A stretch of DNA of 64,000 nucleotides, taken from Balanoglossus misakiensis. Taxonomy: Eukaryota > Animalia > Hemichordata. Position 1 is the stretch's first letter, and every line of letters starts with the position of its first letter. A model generated the notes under the pieces. That model saw only the letters and a program-made list of their open reading frames with translations. It was not told the origin of the DNA and searched no databases. A program made the translations under genes and the position numbers. The stretch covers positions 8,509,097-8,573,096 of the forward strand of contig CM082598.2 in the NCBI GenBank assembly GCA_040954595.2, given 5' to 3'. Shown here piece after piece: positions 24,940-37,371 of the stretch.

Positions 24940-27900
24940 TCAGATGTAAACAGGACTTTCCACAGACCCAGTAGGACAGATAGGATCGGTTTTCTGAGGA
25001 TCATTTGTGCTTTCACCCGATGAGCCGGCTACACCTTGCCTGCCTCCTTGCATTTCCGACGTATTGATGTATGTTGCTTGACTGGTAGCTGAAGAGTTGG
25101 CTGGTTCGGTTTGTTTTTCGGTCATTGGTAGAATGTTTCTTTTTCCGTCATCTCCACCGGTCGCCAAGTCATTCCCAGCGTTGTCATAGTCAGGTAAATG
25201 CTCCTCAGACTCTTTACACGTATCACCTGGATCGGTTGGCTGCACATAATCACCCTCGTCTACTTGATTCATCGGCACATAGTCACCGTTCTGATCCGTT
25301 TCACCCTCTTCGATCTCCAAAACGGCTTCACATGACGGTGGGTGTTCGTCGTCCTCTGTAAGCGATGTTTCGCCGGTGGTATTACTGGCCGTATTGCGTG
25401 TAGGCATAGATTGTGTGTCCGGTCTATCGTCCAAATTCTCGTCGGCGAGATTGATCCCCTGTCTTCCAGTCGACGTGTGACTATCATCAAGCGAGGTCAT
25501 CGAAGTCGGCGTTGACGTGGAGATTGTTGAATATGTGTGGTGGAATTTGGTATCTGTTTCAACGATCTTCTCTTGAGGCAACTTTGCATCGGTTATCTTT
25601 TCATCATCTAATACTTTCATATCGCTTATCGACTCGTATTTGTTGTCCAATGAGGAAAGCATAGGTGGGGCTGTTGCAGGCACCACATTTTGGCCGTCAA
25701 ACTGAATGGTAGTTTCTTCAGTTTTACCGTAGTATTTCCTAAAAGAATATTCAAATTGACAATAACGCAAACACCATATTTATAACCAGGTAACAGGTCT
25801 CTATTGGCAACTCCCCCACCAATAAAATATTTTTATGGTCACATGAATGGCGCATTATGTTTACAGTGAATGTACTTAAGTGCACGGGAATAAAACCTAT
25901 CATTTGTTTTAACTCATCTGGTCTTATTCAGGAGAATAAAAGTTTTTGATTATTTTTTTTCTGGCATCGTAGTAATTAAAATCTTACCTCCTGAAGAAGT
26001 ACACCGAAACTGCACACACTGTAAGTACCATTATTGCGGCGAGTACGAACAATACTATCATTAACGTTTGTGATTCTGAAAATGAAATTGGCGGATACAT
26101 GTGATGTAAATAAAGTCAGATATTAGCGTTCCATTTTCATATACCACAATTAATATTTTGATCATATGTAGCTATAATGCCTGTGGATTTCCCACAGGCA
26201 GGCAGTCAAGTGCTGTTACACACATGTTCATGCAATAATATCAAACTCACTTTCGTTGATATGGATTTCACAAGTGGAGCCTGACCACTTCAATGTGCAG
26301 ATGCAAGTGTGGCCATCTTCGAAAAAGACACAGGTTCCGTTGTTTTTGCACGGTGATGACACACAAGAGGTTTCCTCTGCCAAAGGGAAAGTGTTTAGGA
26401 AGGCGTAATTAGTAAAACAACAAACATCTTGTAAAAAATAGTTCACGATAATGCTTTGTATCCTGAATTCCCAGACAACGTGTTATGACGCGTGTAATAC
26501 ATGTATATAGGTAGACGGGTAGAATATACACAAATGTTTATCAACTTACGACAGAGGTTCTCACTGTTAAAACTCCATTCCCCAGTGTCAGAACAAATAA
26601 TTGCGTCAGTCGTTGCAGGCCTGTAACCATCGCTGCATGTAAAATTACAAGACATGCCTTTGCTGTTGTCGCAGTTGTCCGCTAATTTTCCATTTGGGAC
26701 ATTCATGGGGCAGTCTGGATCTGGGTATACAATAAAATGATACCTTGGTATATAGTGTTTATTTTATTTCCTAATCTGTAGCTATACAGAATATTTAAAA
26801 TATTAATACTAATGAACTGCTGGTTGACAGAAAACGTCATAGGTAATTTGTATCCCAGCCAATTGTAGTTGAGTATGATGTTCTCGCCAGGAAGGGCCTG
26901 GAAAGAACTAACAGTGAGGGCGCGGTACTTGTTAAAATTACAGTATATTCTCCATGAAATAAAACATCACCTGGTGCATGAAGTCAAAGGAGACCGTAAT
27001 CTACTTCGATGTGTCCGTTTGTGTTGTGTTATAGTAATAACAAAACTGAGGCATTTTTAACTTACAGATTTGACAGAGCTGATCGCTCTCAATAGTCCAT
27101 TTACCGCTCTCAGTGCACATGACAGCATCTTTTGTTGACCGTTCATAATCGCCGTAACAAACAAAATCACAACTCTGGCCATTGGTATTTTTACATCCGT
27201 CCTCAAACCTCCCATTTGGAATTGTACCAGGGCATCTAGAAACTGTGTACGGGGATAAAACATTCAAGTACAGTGCAATTTAGAAAACCTCTCCTTCCAC
27301 ACAAGCATCAACCGACGTTTAGTATGCATTAGCAATAGAGGCAATAATGAATTTAATTGACCTGTTAAGGCAAATAATAACTTACCCTTTGTACATCAAT
27401 ATGTACATGCATAACTTCTTGAAGTACCCCACATAATTGATACGTTATGTATAAGATATTTGCTGTAAATCTGAAGCTATTAAATTCAATAGTTTTGCTT
27501 AGCCAATACGCCGATGAAAAAATAACGATTGTTAATCTAATATGTCTAACTGGCACCGATACCTGCTGTGCAGTTTTCCTGGGAGCATAAGCATTCCGCG
27601 CCGAATTCGGTGTTTATGCAAATCTCGTCGCAACCGCCGTTGAAGTCATCGCACGGTCCTGTAAGGGAAATCCTAGGTGAATTTATCTATATTTTAAATT
27701 TGATACACTTACTTGTAGATACAGTTGTTTTACAAGGAGTATTTTAATTAAGGATTAGTTGATGCCCAGTCATCCATTTCATGAGTTTGAAACTAAAGGA
27801 ACTAAAACTGTTTTTGGTTATCTTTACACTTGTACCAGTATTGTGCAGGATCCGACCTATGAAACACATTGGCGTATTGATCGCACAAATCGAAGAACAA

Positions 27901-30900
27901 TTTTTGCTCGCGAAGTGAAGGCCGTCAGCACTAAAAAAATATTTTTCACTTGAACCGAGCGAAGTCAAACTCACAAAGCATTCTCATTGACTTGTTTCAA
28001 ATCAACTCAACCACGTTTCCCCAAAACAGACATGATTTCATAAGATAGTTTGATTAGACAGATTGCAAGCACACCGAGTTGCGTCGTTATGTGTATGACA
28101 GGCCAAATGGTTCCCTTGAGAAACTTTCACAACACTCTGATGCCGACAAACGCGCGGAATGGCAGCCATGAATATTCATTCAAAACATAGATACTAATAT
28201 CACGTGGACACTTGTATATTGATCTACCGTTTACTGAAAGCGTTTTATAGATGGCATATACTACACCGTTCAATCCACAAAGGCTAATTACCCGTTCCCA
28301 GTGGCTGAAGACTTCGGTGAAAGAATGCCAAGGATGTAGGCACACGAGGCAGAGGCAACGTATTCACCAGTTTCTTAGTTTGGAGGTCTATTACAGTGAT
28401 AATGTTATTCCCTGCGTCGGCCAGGAAAAGAAAACTCTGTCGAGCGAAAATGCAACACTTGTGGTAAGTGAAAGTTGGAAAGGTTTTAATGATGCTAAGG
28501 TGCGCACGGTTACCAAAAATAGGCCATACCCACCTATATTATAGTCAAATATCATATTCAATTTACATGGTAAGCTGTAGAGTAAAGTCAAACACAAAAC
28601 AGTACAGCTAGACAACCAAGAGAAAGAACAGAGAACAAGCTTAGATGTATATACGGTCATCTATACAAATGTAATAACGTCTGTTACTATGATGGAAAAT
28701 TGAAATACAACCAATCACATATCTTCAGTGAGTTGCACACGCGAAAAAATTGCGACACCACATGGTAGTTCAAAGATTTAGATACGCCCCTTTGACCATA
28801 TATGGTCATATGTAAAGGGCGTCCTGTCCCACGCATAACTCGGAAGCAGTTACGATAAAACGTAAACTGTAACCAATGCCAACAGTGATAAATTGTCTGA
28901 TACATTGTACTTAATAGTTTACTTATGTATACCTTTCGAAAATGCTTTTGAATGTACAAGCAAGCATTTGCCTACAGACTTTAACCTTGATTTCAAGTTT
29001 GCGAGAGGTAGTTTTGACTCTGTGAAGACTTCATGCTCTTGGACAGAAAATATAATGACAAAATATATAATGCGATTTTCCTAATTGTGTCTGTCGTACC
29101 TTAAATATTGTTATCCCTTTGAACGACAAGTCGTCGTGCATCGAAAGATTATACGTAGTTTCACGAAAATTTCCATCCAAGTCAACTGACTCAACAAGGA
29201 ATGTTTCTTCATCTGCCCAATAAAGTCTAGAATTAAAATAAAAATAGAACCGATTCAGTATTAGAAAACCCGTTGCATATCTTTGATTGGTTAATCGATC
29301 GATCTAAGTTCCACTTGTTTATTTGAATAAAGTTTACCTGTCGTTACTGATATCTAAGGCCAAAACTGTTGGTGACCTAACGCCAGTTTCAACAATGAAC
29401 TCCCGTCGTCTTCCGCGTAGATCAGACCTTTCGATGCGCGGTTTTGTCCAAGTGTGCGTCCAAAAGAGATACCTGGATCGATAATAGTGATCAATATACA
29501 ATCAAAATTATCGTAACGTTATTGGACGTGAACCGCCTATATGAATTTGGATGTATAGACAAAATTATAGTATAAAGTGGTACGTGTAATAGTGTAATTT
29601 TTTAACTATTCATCCACACCTTGAATTGTCCAGATTTTTTTTAAACTCATGCGTGTTTAACATATGCATTCTCCAATTTATTTTTGATATCGCTAATTTA
29701 CTAACGCTTATGATTTCCCACAAGACGAAAATTAGAAACTTGTTATTTTTGTAGCAAATTACACTTTCTTTTGACGTTTCTTGCTGGATAAGATTAGTGA
29801 TATTTCAATTCATTTCCTACACTCTCTCAACAAGATTCAGTCAAGTACGCATGTTTACATGTTCATTCAATGTACTATGGTCATGTTTTGATAAAACTAT
29901 CTTACTTCTATTGGAATATATTCGATCAAGATAACCGTGTTCACATTGTCCACTTTATCAAGGTAAATATTTATTCTACATACATCTTAGTTGCATGCAC
30001 GACGATTGCTTCTGGTTTTCCCATGCCTTGTGTGACAAGGGGTATGTCAAATCGACCGTCCAGATCTGCCACCATGATATTCTGCTGTTCACGATCAGTC
30101 CAGTACAAGGTTCGACCTAACCAGTCAACAGCAACGTCTGGATAAATAAACAGTGATATCGATGTCATGAAATACTAAAAGAAGACAGCTCTCCATTAAT
30201 TTGAAATAAATATGAATTCTATTGTAACATGAGAAAGGCAGACCGTGGGAAGCTAGCTTGTTGGATTGAGAGAGAGGGGGGAGGGGGGGGGGGAGGAGAG
30301 AAGAAGGGGAGAGATAGACCTATGTCAGAGAATCCATAAAACGTATTGGATATTTCGAAGAAACACGTGATAGGGATGTGGTTCATGTAAGTCAGGGAAT
30401 CGGTTGAAGTGGGTCGCATGATCTGACACATTCTCTCGCTATGTACACATTTACTGTACCATTAATTGTGCCCTTAGATGTACATAGATCTTTCAAGAAC
30501 TGGACACCGCCATATTTCGTACTAGTTCTGCTTATCAGTGGATCTTCATACGTTAACATAGGCATAGAAAAAAGGCCGTGTTTTTTTTTAAAACAAGACG
30601 GTTATGTTGTTTTTTCTTAATTTTCCAAAGGTCTCCTCACCCTTTTATGTAGCAAAGAATGAAAAGGTTTTAAGGACTGTTAATGTGTCCCCGTCCACTT
30701 TAAAACTATATTTTCTTCGGTATATTGACTTCAACTAGCATGAACTAACATGGTAGTAACTTGTTAGTAACAGATATACGTCTCAATCAGGGATAATTGC
30801 CTGTGAAAAACTGAAACATAACCGACCTCTGATATCAGACGGTGAATACTGTGTGACGAAAGTCCACTCCTCATTTTCCTCAAGTCGCATTCTTGCAATG

Positions 30901-31930
30901 TTATTGTCAAGGACACCAAAGATGTAAAGTCCATCTACGTCGACCTCAATGGCCCTGATGCTGTCATTTGAGAAACACGTCAGCGGGAGGTCTGGATTAT
31001 GACCGATATTGCCCGGAAACTTGCACAATTGATCTTCCATTGAGACAATCAGTTCGTGGTCAAATACAATTCTTTCATCTGGAAAATTGTCAAATAAGAA
31101 ATCAACTTCTACTTTTGAGTATAAACAAGTCGCGATATCAAAATTGTCGAGTAATCCAAGGACTTAGACAGTCTAAGGTATAACATTGATTTAACTTTTC
31201 TAGCCTCAATAATGCTCTTATGGATCGTAATAATGCCATTGTGTCTAACAATTGAATCATTACATGGCACAACACAGAGAGACTGACTGACATATATGGA
31301 CACACACGCCCAATATTACTAAGAGAGTAACAATCAGATATTAAATCAAAGAGCACAAAAAGTGATAGACAATGAAATAAAATAACTTTACCTTTCTCAC
31401 AGGTATGTTCATCTTGCGTTAGTCGAAAACCATGGGTACATACACATTTGTAGCCTGGTGGGTCACTAATACACAATTGACTGCAGTTAGCGCTGTGACA
31501 CGGAGCTGTCAGAAAAAAGTCAGAAAAAACGTTAACAAGTGTATGTATGTATGTGTGTATGTATGTATGTATGCATGTATGTATGTGTGTATGTATGTAT
31601 GTATGTATGTATGTATGTATGTATGTATGTATGTATGTATGTATGTATGTATGTATGTATCAGGCAGGCAGGTAGGTAGGTAGTTAGGCGGGTGGATGGA
31701 TGGGTACGTAGGTAGGTATGTTAAGATGTTTCTAACAACATGCAGTGCCCCATATATCACGTTGCATGCCATTCCGAAGTACTTACTTGAACCGGGAGGT
31801 TGTTTATTTGGAGAGTAATAGACAATCCCATTCGGTTCGTTATATCCAATTGGAATCCTATCGATCTTCTTTCGTATGTCCAGGGGAACTAGATATACTC
31901 GGTGTCTGTCTATTTCAGTCACGACCTCGA
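24940..31930 (-). CDS. LRP-like type I membrane receptor (5' end not located). Exons approx. 31787-31925, 31392-31505, 30827-31078, 29984-30137, 29338-29472, 29100-29226, 28292-28436, 27563-27658, 27066-27242, 26550-26720, 26251-26376, 25988-26075, 24940-25738
   Basis: EGF (CSQLCISDPPGYKCVCTHGFRL); YWTD repeats (DVAVDWLGRTLYWTD, YLFWTH, LYWADE); EGF (PCDDFNGGCDEICIN); two sushi/CCP-like exons; EGF (CVSSPCKNNGTC); TM (LMIVLFVLAAIMVLTVCAVSVYFFRR); acidic cytoplasmic tail. GT-AG junctions with compatible phases. Confidence 0.88.
31540..31700. repeat. (TATG)n microsatellite grading into (CAGG)/(TAGG)/(TGGA)
   Basis: Directly visible tetranucleotide run in an intron. Confidence 0.97.
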
Positions 31931-34900
31931 GTATATAAGGAAGATAAACACTTTTGACTCTTAACATGTTTGGAGTTCAGAGTTGTAACATCCCATGCAC
32001 AACTCCAGTAAGGATGTAATTTCTAACACACTAAAATAACTTTGTCTACTAGACCATAAATGTACATATGTTTAAGGAGTAGATAGGTTTCTGATATTTA
32101 TTCATTTACAAAAAGACAAGCAAAAGGCAAGACCATATAGAGGCACTTTTGTACAAATTAGTGCGTCCCCTTTGGTGACCTTTTGTATGCAAATTAGTTA
32201 TATCCAATTTCCGGCCGTTGATTTCAAAATTATGCATTTAACTTTTAATTGACTCTACTCTCTATTGTGTGAAAAAATAGAAAACATTTGCGGCTGAATA
32301 ATTTAAGATGACTCCATGGGGTTTTACCCTTATACCAAAAACGTGGCACTGTGCCAGCGTTTGAGTAATATAAGCACTTCTCCGTAGTTAAGATGGCGTT
32401 CAAAATGCCCCCAAACAATGGAAAAGATATGGGAATACGATTAACGCGGCATGAATAAAATTGTTACAATCACGCAGAGTACCGCTTGTTGTTTTTCAAG
32501 GCTAACGAATGTCAAACCAGCTAAGATTTTCGTCTCTCTAAATCTCGACTTCAATTGCAACCGCATAATTATTTGCACAGTATTGATTAGGGCCGGGGCA
32601 TTAAATTATTGGTTCACAATCTTGGTTAACACTTTTATTGTGGTTAAGTACTAAACCACAAACAATTGCCGAGTTGCCTGTCACGAATCTTATTGTATTT
32701 GGGTCGAAAACATATTGAGTCGTGATGTTTTTGTACTCGACAAAGTCTTGTAAATACCTTGTTATTTAGTCAGTAAACATTACCGTCCTATAAAATAATA
32801 TTTCACAACACGGCGGCAAACGATAATCCAACGTGCACCATTTGTCACCGAGGTACTTTAATATGTAATGTACATTTTCTAATATTTTTTATGCATACTA
32901 TACTTACTAAATAATTGGACTCAGATATCATACGAGTGCACGAACAGACAGTCAAAGTTTCACATTATCTGTGAGCGCACCGTGGCTCAACATTTTTACA
33001 ATCTCTATACTTGTGCCATAAAATGCGAACTGTGGCGGATTTATGATGGGCAGATCAGAGCACGAGAAGTCCTCATCGGTTGTTAGTTGCCAGTGTTTGT
33101 ACTGAGAAGCAATGCTGACCAAATTGGGCACGTAAAAAAGACCATGTACGTATATGATGAATACTACTTATTTTGATAAGCGCGGTAGTCACGATGATGT
33201 TATTATCGAATGTGTACATATCTGAAAAGCATGTCTTACCCGAGGTGTGATACTTCAACTTAATAAATAAGACACGTAGTGAAAACAATATCACAATTTC
33301 ACAACACACCTCCGACATTATACATTTCAGACCAATCAAACAGGTGCACGATCACCTTCAATTTACATATGCCTGTATGTAGTATAGAGGGCGCGTCGTA
33401 GACTTCAAATGGCCAAGGGGTGGTGCTCTTTATTTCACGTGTGCCATCCATTGAAAATATATGATTGGCTAAATTTGAATTTTTCATTTCATTCGTAGTT
33501 AAATTGCGTACTGGGTGTCCGTTTTCCTTAATGGGTTGTATCTTCGGGAGCCGACATTAAATAGGCCGGGCGGCGGAGGAATTTAACTATAAAATTCCAA
33601 AATTCTGAGTAAGCAAGCAAATAGAAATGCCAAGAAAGGCGAATCATGCACCACGCCAAATTGACAAATCAAAATGCGGCAAGGAAATTGCAGCTCACTT
33701 CTGACCATGTGCAAAACTCCCTGGCCTGACAAAAATCATGCTATCACTGTATGAGTTTTTTTTTTTTTTTTTTTTTTTGGGGGGGGGGGGGCTTAGTTCG
33801 AACGCTAATAGCTCGGGACAAGTATGAACGTGGTCACTATTGCATTAATGAGGTAACATCTAGGCTGGATCACAATATGTCCAAGATCACAGATTCACGT
33901 AACATTGAATTACCATCACCGCACCTGAGCACAACTAAATCTTCTAGGTGAAATACTTTTGTACATTTCGAAAAAAGTATCCCCCTCCCCTTCTTTGTCT
34001 CTATACTGCTTGAGAACCTCTTTCTAGCTTTCCACTTTAAGTGAGCCCACACAGTCTGGAGTCTGCCGAAGTTACAGTTCCAATAATGCTGAGTCTACAT
34101 AGAGAAATATATTTTCTCGTAGCCTGTCTTATCCTTAAGAGGAGTTGGAGATAATCTTTTCGCAGAAAAGATAAGTAACATAATAAAACAAATCAAGAGG
34201 CGTCAGGTAGCGTAAGCAGTAGGCAAACGTTATACAAGTGTCAAATGAGCAAGGATCGCAGATGGGCTCTCACAAGATGTTAATCCCACACACGGAACCG
34301 ATCTTAACTAATTAAGAACAAACGTCGACCCCCACTATATACAGACAAATAATTTTCGGTTTGATATTTTTGTCTTAATAATACATCATTTTGCCGCATT
34401 TGAATATCAAAAATACAAAGAAAATAATGTCTCCTCAAGGGTTGATGTAGGTAGGTACCAGATGCGTCACAATTCTCTACCATAATTTTCCTGGTTGCCA
34501 CCAAGCTGTATGCTAGAATGTTCTGTTACTAAAACCAAGGCAAGTGCGTTGCTGACACAACGTTAATTACAATTACTATGTGGACGTAAATACTCTTAAG
34601 AGGTGTTGAGAGGCAATTAGTGTAAAATTATTATGCATTTTTAATTATGCTCTACGTCGTGATAACAATGTCTGGTGCCGTGTCAATGCTATGCTTTTCC
34701 GAACATATACCCTTACAAATACATCCAACTAAAACAAAATGTTAATTTACTATCGTGGCAAAATGGCATTTGCGCCGTTTTCATGTTTTGCAAAACCTTA
34801 TACTTGTGTAGAAATAGTCTTCAGATGTCTCACCTTGCAGTCCAATGGATAGTATAAATGTGAAAATCACACATTTGTTCGGCCAGCGAATTAAATTCAT

Positions 34901-35225
34901 ATTTTCTGGCATGGACTGTCCTCTGTCCAGTCTCTGTTCATAGCAAAACTCAAACAACAACTGGTTCGCATATACATGGGACAGTAAAAGTTATATGCGG
35001 AACCACTGGGCGTGGTCTTATATAAAGAGTTATGGCTATACGTATGCAAAGACTGTGCTGAGAGTTTTACAGAGTTTATTACCATGCAATTTATCCCAAA
35101 ATAGTTCCAATCGTGTTTACAATCAATGCTTTGTGAGCTCTCGTATTATTGGGTCTTTGCGTCCACGCCTGCGACATGATTTTAACTAAGATTAAGAATC
35201 GGCAAGAAAAGGACAGTGCTTAGTA

Positions 35226-35656
35226 CGGAGGCTTAATGAGGCCACAGGAGTATTTTTTTTTCATACCTGTAATTTTGTTTTCATGCCTGTAATAAAAATG
35301 TCATACCTGTAATAAAAATATCATACCTGTAATTTTTTTTTTTACTTTCGTGACATTTGAACCTACAAGATCTGCTCAGCTCAGCTGAGTTCAAGTGTGA
35401 TATTGCGGTCAAAGTTAAGCATAAATCTTTGATATCAACATTCAGGAAGAGAGTAGAAAATACAAACAGAGGTGTCATAACCTGAGGCAGGTTCCAGCGA
35501 CACAGAGTAAGCTGAGCCAGTCACTCTACATGCGATCGTAAGTTGTAAGTTCAAAGGTCATTAAAGTAAAAAAAAATACAGGCATGATCTGATGACGTGA
35601 AGTGTTTCATGCCTGTAATTTTTTTTTTAGTTTCATGTGGCCTCATTAAGCCTCTG
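35226..35656. mobile_element. MITE with TA TSD
   Basis: TA|CGGAGGCTTAATGAGGCCACA ... TGTGGCCTCATTAAGCCTCTG|TA, with internal TCAT(A/G)CCTGTAAT repeats. Confidence 0.8.
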
Positions 35657-37032
35657 TAGCTTAGCGCTTGCTTTGTTAGTAACATGACCGTTAGTTGATA
35701 TTCACGATCTAAATTCGTCATGCTTTCAAACATACTTGTGGGTTTTGTTAAGTCGCAAGTCATTTTGTCCTTGTTCTTAAAATTTGGGCTAAACTGTGTT
35801 TCCTCTGAAGTTTTGGCCATAGCGTACATTGCGTTTATCTCTCCTGTGGTTGCTGATAAATTCTAAAAGAGCGGCAGTTTATTCTTCAAGGAGCTGCGCA
35901 GATGGGGAAACAAATGTTGAATAACTTGACATGAATATTTTCTACCCTCTTAAGAAATATTGCATTAAAAGGCCCATTCTTAAATTTCATGAATGAAAAA
36001 AAAACACTCCCAACTGGGCGATTAATTGGTTCCAGGTGCCAATTTCCTCATTTTCCAATTAATAGCCCTGGACGAATTATCAGTAAAACCCGGCAGTTAA
36101 TTTCATTGAATTTTGTGATATTTTTCTATTTGACACTTGACCTTTCAAGGGACAGGACAAAATCATATCAACCCGCTGCTTCAAGAACATCACTTGTCGT
36201 CCAACAAACAACATCACATATACCCTCAGAATGGCCAGTATCCTCAGATCAGTAATACACATTTATTCTTCAGGTATGCTTCATGGTATTATTGCCAGAT
36301 TTATATTTTCCAAGATAAAAACAAAATCAATGTATAAAAAAATTATCAAAGTGTTACCGAGTAGTTCACGCACCCATGAGAAAAGAAAATTCAGATGGCT
36401 AACAGCGTTTCACCAACCCCTCCACCAAATATCTAAAGTGTCACTAATATGTTCACTTCTCAAACGCCCCTTTAGTTATTTGATTAATATATATGACTCT
36501 AAGAACACTTCCGCGTGATAAGGAGAGTGCCCTAATGTACCCTCTTACAAAAAATGGGTCACTGAAGTACATTGTAGATCCGCGGCTTTATTACTGATAT
36601 TGAGATCACGAAGAAGAATGCAAATAGGTTTCAACATCATTGCTTTTCTTGGTCTTAACAACAGAAAACACTTAGCTCGTACAGTGTGGAATGATGTCGG
36701 GCCATTTAATGATCGGACTTTATAATCTTGGTTTAACATTTTTATTACGTGAAAATATTGATGGACTGAGTTGCCGAGTAGCCTGCCACGATTTCCGCCC
36801 CAATTGGGTCAAACAAACACATTGTGTAGTGAAGTGTGACTTGAAGCTTGCGTAGTATACTCAACACAGCCTTGTAAAAATCTCACGCTGTTTCTGGACT
36901 GTAACTAGTGCCGCTTTATAAAACGATATATCACTACATTTGTTTTCAACACGTTGGCAAAATAACATTCCATTTTGTGCTATTGGTCTCTGGGGTTCTT
37001 TAAAATGCAATTTCTCATCGAAAAATAAACTT

Positions 37033-37371
37033 TGCATACTTTGCGGTATTTTCGTAATAATCTTATTATACATCTTACATCTCCGTTAGATCTTGTGTTG
37101 CATGTTACTTGGCTTTCAAAACGCCCAAAATGCCGATACAATCGATCGAAAACCGCTCAGTTGACTCAGTGGGCAGCCATCTTTCTTTTTTGTTTACGTG
37201 TGCGCACCTGCGTTGGAGTGGGGGTGTCTTGAAACCGTCCGCATAACAACGCACACCTGTACACGGTGAGTTGGGGCGCCTTGAAACCTAAAACTTATTT
37301 AACACGCGTTCCCTACGGCTTTTTTAGCGCACGCTAAATTCTATTGTTCTCAGTGCCAGATGTATAATAAT
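37033..37371 (-). mobile_element. Partial inverted copy of the 440-bp IR/hairpin element at 59334-59773 (outer hairpin arm missing)
   Basis: Close reverse-complement match to 59334-59687; ends AGATGTATAATAAT at 37358-37371. Confidence 0.85.

Noticed and set aside
31432-31967. ORFs with MYVC/YIHT repeats
   Set aside because: These are translations of the (TATG)n microsatellite. Only the ~31787-31925 part is exon.
32072-34137. Possible ~2-kb TTAA-flanked element (TTAAGGAGTAGATAGG ... CCTGTCTTATCCTTAA)
   Set aside because: The TIR match is short and degenerate, so it cannot be supported without other copies.
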